A stretch of DNA of 5,747 nt from Acutalibacteraceae bacterium (GTDB lineage: Bacteria > Bacillota > Clostridia > Oscillospirales > Acutalibacteraceae): positions 1 to 5,747 of the forward strand of contig JAZRFT010000027.1 in NCBI GenBank assembly GCA_045643805.1, given 5' to 3'. Every line of letters starts with the position of its first letter. Positions within the stretch are counted from its first letter, which is position 1. This document shows, piece after piece, positions 1 through 5,386 of this stretch. A program made the translations under genes and the position numbers. A model generated the notes under the pieces. That model ran no database searches. It saw nothing but the letters and a program-made list of their open reading frames with translations, and was not told the origin of the DNA.

Positions 1-9
1 TCTGCCATA

Positions 10-1482
10 TTATTTAATCACGAACTTTGCAACTGAGCAGGGAGGGATTGTAGTTTTGAATCCATCTGCGAGGATTTCGTAATCGCTGAAAGCTTTTGTG
101 TAGGCTACATTCTTGTTCTCAAAGCTGTTGTAGTCGTGGATGTCGCCTGTGAGAATTTCTGCTGAAAGATCTTTGAGATTAAAGTCTGCTATCTGACAGT
201 GAATGTCTGCACTCTCATCAGCAGATGTGTTGACTACAGTTGCAATAATAGTACCGTCTTCTTTAACTGAAGCACTTTCTATAAGTTTAGGCAGGGTACC
301 CTTGTCGGCAAGGTTGGGAGTAGTGATATATGAGCCGAGGAGTGTGTTTTCCTGATGGTCCTTATACATTTTGAAAATGTGATATGTGGGAGTAAGAAGC
401 ATATCCTCGCCGTCGGTAAGAGCCACAGCCTGAAGCACGTTTATAGTCTGAGCAATGTTTGCCATTTTGATTCTGTCAGAGTGCTTGTTGAAAATATTAA
501 GGGTAAGACCTGCAACAATAGCATCTCTCATAGTGTTCTGCTGATAAAGGAAGCCGGGATTTGTACCCTCTTCAACATCGTACCAGGTACCCCATTCGTC
601 AACTATCATAGCGATTCTCTTGTCAGGGTCGTAGCGATTCATAATATCACCGTGACGGCGTACGAGCTCTTCCATTTTGTAAGCTTTTTCGATGGTAGTA
701 TAGTACTCATCTTTGGTGAAGCTGAGAGCTTTACCCTTATTGCCCCAATCACCGGGGAGAGTGTAATAGTGAAGTGACAGGCCGTTCATACGCCACGCTG
801 CTTTTTTCATAAGTACATCTGTCCAGTTGTAGTCGAAAGCGTTTGCACCGCAGGCAATTCTGAAAATACGGTTGTTGCTGTCATAATCACGGACATAGGT
901 TTCATAGCGTCTGTATTGGTCAGCGTAAAACTCAGGGTGCATATTACCTCCACAGCCCCAGTTTTCGTTACCAACACCGAAATATTTTACTTTCCAAGGT
1001 TTCTCCCTGCCATTAGCCTTACGAAGATCAGCCATAGGAGATACACCGTCAAAGGTCATATATTCAACCCATTCGCTCATTTCCTGAATTCTGCCTGAGC
1101 CAACATTACCATTGACATAAGCTTCACAGCCGAGCTGTTCACAAAGTTCAAAAAACTCGTGAGTACCGAAGCTGTTGTCTTCAACAACACCGCCCCAATG
1201 GGTGTTAATCATCTTTTTTCTGCTTTCTTTTGGGCCGATGCCGTCTTTCCAATGGTACTCATCAGCAAAGCAACCGCCGGGCCAACGCAGTACGGGAATG
1301 CCCATATCCTTGAGAGCATCAACAACATCTTTTCTCATACCATTGACATTAGGGATAGGGGAGTCCTCACCGACATAAAGCCCCTCGTAAATACATCTGC
1401 CGAGATGCTCCGAAAAGTGACCGTAAATCTCTTTGTTGATTTTACTGATTTTCTGATTAGGGTTGATAAGATATTTTTCCAT
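10..1482 (-). CDS. abfA: GH51 alpha-L-arabinofuranosidase, cytoplasmic (no signal peptide)
   Basis: A 490-aa ORF fills the whole interval. It carries family hallmark motifs: [26 protein letters not shown] (acid/base Glu), IVDEWGTWY (nucleophile Glu) and [13 protein letters not shown]. The ATG at 1480-1482 is preceded by AAGGAG (complement of 1489-1494) with 6-nt spacing. The stop is TAA (10-12). Confidence 0.92.
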   Translation of the reverse strand: MEKYLINPNQKISKINKEIYGHFSEHLGRCIYEGLYVGEDSPIPNVNGMRKDVVDALKDMGIPVLRWPGGCFADEYHWKDGIGPKESRKKMINTHWGGVVEDNSFGTHEFFELCEQLGCEAYVNGNVGSGRIQEMSEWVEYMTFDGVSPMADLRKANGREKPWKVKYFGVGNENWGCGGNMHPEFYADQYRRYETYVRDYDSNNRIFRIACGANAFDYNWTDVLMKKAAWRMNGLSLHYYTLPGDWGNKGKALSFTKDEYYTTIEKAYKMEELVRRHGDIMNRYDPDKRIAMIVDEWGTWYDVEEGTNPGFLYQQNTMRDAIVAGLTLNIFNKHSDRIKMANIAQTINVLQAVALTDGEDMLLTPTYHIFKMYKDHQENTLLGSYITTPNLADKGTLPKLIESASVKEDGTIIATVVNTSADESADIHCQIADFNLKDLSAEILTGDIHDYNSFENKNVAYTKAFSDYEILADGFKTTIPPCSVAKFVIK

Positions 1483-1505
1483 AGGTTTCTCCTTAAATTA
1501 ATTGT

Positions 1506-3767
1506 TTATTTGCATTTTATAATATTTAGCTTTTCGCTGTTTCCGTGAATAGTATAATCTGTTACCTTGCCGTCTGCCCATTCAATATCTAAAGTAACAT
1601 TTCCCTTTGCAGCCAGGCCCTTGACAGAGCCGTTTTTCCATTTGTCGGGAAGAGCAGGAAGCAGATAAATGTTTTCGCTGTCAGACTGTAAAAGCATTTC
1701 ACAGATACCGCTGAGTGCACCGAAATTGCCGTCAATCTGAAACGGCGGGTGTGCATCAAGCAGATTCGGATAAACACCACCGTGGTGATAGTTTTCTCCG
1801 TCGGTATCAACAAGGGTAAGAAGCTTATCCACAAGTCTAAGGGCGTGGTTGCCATCACGAAGTCTCGCCCAGAAGTTGATTTTCCACGCAAGGCTCCAGC
1901 CTGTACCGTCGTCACCTCTGATTTTCAAAGTCTTTTTGCAAGCGTCAAAAAGCTCCTTATCCTTCTCATAGGTTATGAGGTTTGCAGGGTGCAGAGCATA
2001 AAGATGTGACACATGTCTGTGATGTACTTCTCTTTCAGGGATCTGCTCATTCCATTCAAGAAGCTCACCGTTTTTACCGATGCATAGAGGCTTTATTTTT
2101 TGTATGCTGTCGCAGATTTTAGTATAGAAGACATCTTTTACCGACAGTACCTCGCAGCTCTTTTTACAACTCATAAACAAATCAAGAACGATACTGTTCA
2201 TCATAGCTGTACTCTTCGAGGTCGCTGATGAACCGAAGCCCATTTTGAAATTGTTTTCGGGAGAGGTCGCAGGACAGATTATGAGATTGCCCTTTTCATC
2301 TTCGGTGAGAATATCAAGATAAAACTCTGCCGCTTTCTTCATAATGGGGTAAGCAGTTTTTCCGAGGAAATCTTTGTTGAGTGTGTACTCATAAATCTCA
2401 AAAAGACTACGGCACAACCAACCTGAACCCCCTTGCCAGAACGCCCAACAAGCTCTACCTTGAACGGGATATGAAAAGCCCCATATATCAGAATTGTGGT
2501 GAACCACAAAGCCCTTGGCGTTATAGAAATTCCTTGCAGCATCTTCACCTGTAACGGATAAGGTCTTTAACATATCTGTAAGCGGTGTCATAAGCTCAGG
2601 CATATTGCAAGGAAGCACAGGCCAGTAGTTCATCTGAGTGTTGATGTTTGTGGTGTAATTGCAGTTCCACGATGGTTTGATGCTGTTACTCCATATGCCT
2701 TGCAGATTAGTCGCTTGAGTGCCTGCTCTTGAAGATGAAATGAGCAGATATCTGCCAAAATTAAAGAGAAGCACATAAAGGTCGTCATCGTTCTTGTTTT
2801 TCTCAAAAGCCTTGATTCTTTCATCGGTTGGTATCAGCTGACTGTCACTTGTACCGAGAGAAAAAGAAACTCTGTCATAGTATGACTTATAGTCTGATAT
2901 GTGTCTATTTTTGATAGCATCAAAGCCAAGCCCTAAAGCTTTGTCTAAAGTTTCAATGCAGCAGTTTTTGTACTCTCTACCCTCTACCGCAGGGTGCTTG
3001 TCAAAGCCGTTAAAGCTTGTTTTTATAGTGAAGTATATGGTTGCAAAGGTTGCGTTTTTGATATCTAAGTCCGCCTTGTCTTCGGTGATTTCGCCGTCGG
3101 TATCGACCTTGAGAGCACCGCGAAACAAGATGCCTCTTTCCTCGTCTTTGTCGGAATAAATAAGGCTGTGGCAAGGATAAGACGAGTGCTGTGTGTCAGC
3201 ATCACCGGGACATTCGCCGTCAACGATGAGATAGCCGTCAGAGGTGAAGGCTTCACTTTTCAGCGGACAATCAAGCTCTGCTCTGAAGGAAAAAGCCTTT
3301 CCGTTTTCGGACTCAATTCTATACACCATCACATCGTCAGGATGCGATACAAAGGCTGTCTTTCTGAAGCTTACTCCATCTGATTTGTATGTATTAGTTA
3401 GCACAGCCTTTGACAAATCAAGACTACGCTCGAAAGTGTCAAAATTGTCACTTTTGAAATGTAGCTTCAGGTCACCGAAAGGCATATATGCCTGAGACCA
3501 GCAAGTGAGGAAATTCGCCTCAATTTCTTTCTGAGCTTTGACATATTTGCCTGCAAGAGACAACTTCTGAGCTTTGAGATATGACTCGTAAGCTCCATCT
3601 TTTTTGATAGTACGAGGATGTCCTGTCCAAAGTGTATCGTGATTGAGGGAAATCACATCAGTACCAACCGAGCTATAGCACATAGCTCCAAGTGAGCCGT
3701 TACCAAGGGGCAAAGCCTCCATATAGTGTTTTGCAGGTTTGTTATAGTATAGAAGTTCGTTATACAT
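1506..3767 (-). CDS. GH95 family glycoside hydrolase (alpha-L-fucosidase / alpha-L-galactosidase type), cytoplasmic
   Basis: 753-aa ORF. The N-terminal GH95 signature is EALPLGNGSLGAM...LNHDTLWTGHP. Catalytic-centre motifs recalled from the Bifidobacterium AfcA family are present: TTNINTQMNYWP, HHNSDIWG, TSPENN and DAHPPFQIDGNFG. An AGAGGTG Shine-Dalgarno (complement of 3775-3781) lies 7 nt before the ATG. The stop is TAA, 23 nt before the abfA start, so the two genes form an operon. Confidence 0.9.
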   Translation of the reverse strand: MYNELLYYNKPAKHYMEALPLGNGSLGAMCYSSVGTDVISLNHDTLWTGHPRTIKKDGAYESYLKAQKLSLAGKYVKAQKEIEANFLTCWSQAYMPFGDLKLHFKSDNFDTFERSLDLSKAVLTNTYKSDGVSFRKTAFVSHPDDVMVYRIESENGKAFSFRAELDCPLKSEAFTSDGYLIVDGECPGDADTQHSSYPCHSLIYSDKDEERGILFRGALKVDTDGEITEDKADLDIKNATFATIYFTIKTSFNGFDKHPAVEGREYKNCCIETLDKALGLGFDAIKNRHISDYKSYYDRVSFSLGTSDSQLIPTDERIKAFEKNKNDDDLYVLLFNFGRYLLISSSRAGTQATNLQGIWSNSIKPSWNCNYTTNINTQMNYWPVLPCNMPELMTPLTDMLKTLSVTGEDAARNFYNAKGFVVHHNSDIWGFSYPVQGRACWAFWQGGSGWLCRSLFEIYEYTLNKDFLGKTAYPIMKKAAEFYLDILTEDEKGNLIICPATSPENNFKMGFGSSATSKSTAMMNSIVLDLFMSCKKSCEVLSVKDVFYTKICDSIQKIKPLCIGKNGELLEWNEQIPEREVHHRHVSHLYALHPANLITYEKDKELFDACKKTLKIRGDDGTGWSLAWKINFWARLRDGNHALRLVDKLLTLVDTDGENYHHGGVYPNLLDAHPPFQIDGNFGALSGICEMLLQSDSENIYLLPALPDKWKNGSVKGLAAKGNVTLDIEWADGKVTDYTIHGNSEKLNIIKCK

Positions 3768-3803
3768 AAAACTACACCTCTGATTTTTTTAGTATACATT
3801 TTA

Positions 3804-3832
3804 ATTATAGCAAATTATTTAAGAATAAACAA
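3804..3832 (-). promoter_or_regulatory. sigma-A type promoter for the GH95-GH51 operon
   Basis: Read on the minus strand: TTGTTT (complement of 3827-3832), a 17-nt spacer, then TGcTATAAT (extended -10, TATAAT = complement of 3804-3809). It lies about 35 nt upstream of the GH95 start codon. Confidence 0.5.
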
Positions 3833-3992
3833 GGCGAAAGTCTTCAAAATCACTTAGTGGTGATATCGAGGGTTTGAAAATGAACATCAGCCAGCGGATA
3901 ATCTGTTGGCTGTCTCCAATTTTAGTTTCATCACTCATTTCATCAATCATGTGCATTTTAAAAGTGAGCGATGAAGTTTCGTATATAGTTAA

Positions 3993-4487
3993 AATTCGGC
4001 TAAAATAACATTATATCGAATATCAGGCTATGAGCTTGCAGATGCAGTTCTCAAAGCGACCAATATTTTTTATGAAAAGAAAGAGCCTTCATATTCTGAT
4101 TTTAAGGGTAGAGAATATTGGGCAGGCTGGATACTTGCATATTATCAGTGGATAACAAATCTGCGATTTGAAGATATGGTAAAGAACGGACTTATGCTTT
4201 CGACCGTATTATCTATGTATATTCTACACGAGGCTGATGAAAGTAAATTTGTTTAAACAGCAAATAAAATTATAGCCCGTAATAAAACGAATCGAAAAAC
4301 AAGACTATGCGAAATACGAAAAGCAAGAGGCTTTACTCAACAGCAATTAAGTGAGGTTTCGGGGGTATCTGTCCGTATGATTCAGCTCTATGAACAACGT
4401 CAAAACGACATTAACAAAGCTCAAGTTAATATTGTTTTAAGTCTTGAAAAATCACTCGGTTGTGATGTTGAGGATTTGCTGGAGTAA
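3993..4487 (+). pseudogene. Decayed XRE-family helix-turn-helix regulator: N-terminally truncated, with an in-frame TAA at 4254-4256
   Basis: A single frame (codon starts divisible by 3) reads ...ISGYELADAVLKATNIFYEKKEPSYSDFKGREYWAGWILAYYQWITNLRFEDMVKNGLMLSTVLSMYILHEADESKFV*TANKIIARNKTNRKTRLCEIRKARGFTQQQLSEVSGVSVRMIQLYEQRQNDINKAQVNIVLSLEKSLGCDVEDLLE**. The C-terminal part is a classic XRE HTH (IRKARGxTQxxLaexsGVSxxxIqxYE). From memory, the YWAGW..YYQW..HEAD region matches the N-terminal domain fused to this HTH in Firmicute mobile-element regulators. The frame has no ATG or RBS at its start and is closed upstream by TAA at 3990-3992. No usable start codon follows the internal stop until well inside the HTH. 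Confidence 0.75.
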
Positions 4488-4509
4488 TAATAAACAAAGC
4501 AATAATAGG

Positions 4510-4538
4510 TTGATTTTTATTAAGTCTTGTGATATAAT
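4510..4538 (+). promoter_or_regulatory. Near-consensus sigma-A promoter with extended -10
   Basis: TTGATT (4510-4515), an exactly 17-nt spacer, then TGaTATAAT (TG at 4530-4531, TATAAT at 4533-4538). No ORF with an RBS follows it. Confidence 0.55.
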
Positions 4539-4544
4539 TACCGT

Positions 4545-4559
4545 GCTTAAAGTTTAAGC
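4545..4559. promoter_or_regulatory. 15-bp perfect palindrome GCTTAAAgTTTAAGC at the predicted transcription start, operator-like
   Basis: Perfect dyad symmetry around G4552. It begins 7 nt after the -10 hexamer, the position typical of a repressor operator overlapping +1. Confidence 0.4.
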
Positions 4560-4633
4560 GTATCTCAAAAAAACAATTGATACCACCCATTTGATACCGG
4601 ACACAAAATAATAGTTGGAAATAATAAAATCTA

Positions 4634-4669
4634 CCCCTGTTTTGATACAAAAACAGGGGATTATATTTT
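4634..4669. terminator. Perfect 10-bp stem, 6-nt loop hairpin (CCCCTGTTTT gataca AAAACAGGGG) with T-rich flanks on both strands
   Basis: Stem 4634-4643 pairs with 4650-4659 without mismatch. It is followed by ATTATATTTTG on the plus strand and by TAGATTTTATTATTT on the minus strand. The U-tracts are interrupted, so terminator function is plausible but not certain. See findings for the alternative reading as a recombinase core site. Confidence 0.5.
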
Positions 4670-4724
4670 GCTTGGAGAATATAACACTATTTCGTAGAAG
4701 CGTGGGAATAAGAAACAAAAAGTC

Positions 4725-4764
4725 CACAAAGCCTTATATATCAAGGGTTTCGGGTGTTTTTTTT
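4725..4764 (+). terminator. Weak, imperfect hairpin followed by a T8 run
   Basis: AAAGCCTT (4728-4735) pairs with AAGGGTTT (4743-4750) with one G:G mismatch or bulge. An outer CAC/GTG pair lies across a CGG bulge, then TTTTTTTT (4757-4764). The T-run is strong but the stem is poor. Confidence 0.3.
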
Positions 4765-4818
4765 ATTTGATACACGAAGCCACAGGGCACAATTCTTTTT
4801 CATATTTTGCAGTAAACT

Positions 4819-4855
4819 AAAAAAATACCGCCGAGGAAGTTAATCCCCGACGGTG
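4819..4855 (-). terminator. Rho-independent terminator of the int / RHH / xis-like operon
   Basis: Minus-strand RNA reads ACCGUCGGGG-AUUAACUU-CCUCGGCGGU, a 10-bp stem with 8 Watson-Crick and 2 G:U pairs (4845-4854 with 4827-4836). It is followed by AUUUUUUU (complement of 4819-4826). It starts 16 nt after the TGA of the 57-aa ORF. Confidence 0.65.
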
Positions 4856-4870
4856 TTTCTACTATTTACA

Positions 4871-5044
4871 TCAAATATATACTCTTTTTCTGAAGTATTC
4901 GGCATTTACAACGCCTCTCTGTGTATAAAAACCTTGGTTACTTAATTCTTCATTAAGCTCCTGTATGAGTCTGTATGCTGAGCTTTTCTTAACTCCATAA
5001 AGCTCTATAATATCAAAAACATTGTAAAACAATTTTTTCTCCAT
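4871..5044 (-). CDS. 57-aa Xis-like / HTH_17-type small DNA-binding protein (candidate excisionase or recombination directionality factor)
   Basis: Not in the supplied track because it is under 60 aa. My own translation is MEKKLFYNVFDIIELYGVKKSSAYRLIQELNEELSNQGFYTQRGVVNAEYFRKRVYI*. AAGGAG (complement of 5052-5057) lies 7 nt before the ATG (5042-5044), and the stop is TGA (4871-4873). The pattern of a short N-terminus, an HTH (ELYGVKKSSAYRLIQELN), then G.V....F is typical of small MerR/excisionase-fold proteins in Firmicute phages and ICEs. It starts 12 nt after the upstream stop and is followed by a terminator. Confidence 0.7.
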   Translation of the reverse strand: MEKKLFYNVFDIIELYGVKKSSAYRLIQELNEELSNQGFYTQRGVVNAEYFRKRVYI

Positions 5045-5056
5045 AAATATTTCTCC

Positions 5057-5386
5057 TTATTTTTCTTCTGTATTTTTAAATTCGTTAAGTACATTACTTA
5101 AGAATGCGATCGTTCTGAGTAAGTCTGTAAAGTTTTCTTTGGTTGTTTCTTTTTTCTTAAGCTCTTTTAATATTTCCTCGGCTACATCTTTTAAAGCGTA
5201 ATATACCTTTGCCGAACCTTTTACCTCTACTGTGGTATCAAGTAGTTTGCTGATTATATAATCTTGTTTTGTTAATCCTGACATTCTTACATATTGGTTT
5301 AACAGGTTGTTTTCAGCTTCAGACATTCTGAAACCAATAGTTTTATCTCTCCAGCGACCTTGAGGATCCTTGGATTTAATCGTCAT
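5057..5386 (-). CDS. 109-aa ribbon-helix-helix protein, MobC-like (relaxosome accessory or DNA-binding regulator); function uncertain
   Basis: The ORF is translationally coupled to the integrase, with the ATG inside ATGACGATTAA overlapping the integrase stop by 11 nt. The N-terminal segment RDKTIGFRMSEAENNLLNQYVRMSGLTKQDYIISKLL fits the basic beta-strand plus two helices pattern of RHH/MobC-family proteins (R..i.vRls..E...l...a...g.s.s.yir). The C-terminal half is Lys/Glu-rich and predicted helical. Confidence 0.6.
   Translation of the reverse strand: MTIKSKDPQGRWRDKTIGFRMSEAENNLLNQYVRMSGLTKQDYIISKLLDTTVEVKGSAKVYYALKDVAEEILKELKKKETTKENFTDLLRTIAFLSNVLNEFKNTEEK

Larger units (their letters stand above)
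4545..4669 (+). ncRNA. Candidate ORF-less small transcript of about 120 nt, from promoter 4510-4538 to hairpin 4634-4659
   Basis: A strong promoter and a GC-anchored hairpin with a T-rich tail bracket about 120 nt. That stretch has no ATG and only 5-6-codon TTG frames without an SD. I recognise no known RNA family. This is inference only. Confidence 0.3.
4575..4774 (+). repeat. Four same-orientation copies of TTGATAC(C/A)
   Basis: Copies are aaTTGATACC (4577-4584), atTTGATACC (4591-4598, 14 bp later), ttTTGATACA (4642-4649, in the hairpin loop) and atTTGATACA (4767-4774). I found no other plus-strand copy in the window. There is one reverse-complement hit inside the GH95 gene, around 1803-1809. 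Confidence 0.5.

Noticed and set aside
355-1548. Plus-strand ORFs 355-777, 916-1098, 1159-1548 and 1175-1378, antisense to the GH51 gene
   Set aside because: They lie entirely inside a strongly supported minus-strand CDS. Their translations are low-complexity and unrecognisable, and they lack RBSs. These are typical shadow ORFs.
1589-3495. Alternative-frame and antisense ORFs within the GH95 gene (1589-1915, 1749-2009, 2339-2548, 2630-2824, 2899-3159, 3065-3256, 3168-3383, 3244-3495)
   Set aside because: All are nested in the 753-aa GH95 CDS, whose family motifs span its full length. None has a recognisable domain or an SD.
3841-3882. 6-bp inverted repeat TTCAAA...TTTGAA with an intervening segment of roughly 25 nt
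   Set aside because: It is too short and AT-rich, with a long loop, and is expected by chance in this composition.
3819-3956. 45-aa minus-strand ORF (MHMIDEMSDETKIGDSQQIIRWLMF...) upstream of GH95
   Set aside because: It has no SD, its 3' end overlaps the -35 and spacer of the predicted GH95 promoter, and it has no recognisable motif. It is probably chance or a gene relic.
4254-4256. Possibility that the in-frame TAA in the XRE gene reflects stop-codon reassignment or programmed read-through
   Set aside because: TAA terminates the GH51, GH95, RHH and integrase genes in this same window. The XRE gene also lacks its 5' end, so pseudogenisation is the simpler explanation.
4426-4650. 74-aa minus-strand ORF from the track
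   Set aside because: It runs antisense through the XRE HTH coding remnant, the plus-strand promoter and half of the 10-bp hairpin. It has no SD, and its start codon lies inside the hairpin stem. The translation (MYQNRGRFYYFQLLF...) is AT-rich noise.
4615-4770. TTG-initiated 51-codon plus-strand frame crossing the hairpin and the T8 run
   Set aside because: It has a non-ATG start with no SD and reads through two terminator-like structures. Its composition is dictated by the A/T runs.
4741-4803. 20-aa minus-strand ORF (MKKNCALWLRVSNKKNTRNP) just downstream of the minus-strand terminator
   Set aside because: It has no Shine-Dalgarno and no promoter, it lies after a terminator, and it is not hydrophobic or otherwise toxin- or leader-like.
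4690-4870. A tRNA or tmRNA 3' end as the integration target next to the integrase module
   Set aside because: By eye I could find no cloverleaf-compatible arms, no GGTTCGAATCC-like T-arm and no CCA-adjacent acceptor stem anywhere in 3770-4870. A tRNAscan or Aragorn run would be the definitive check.
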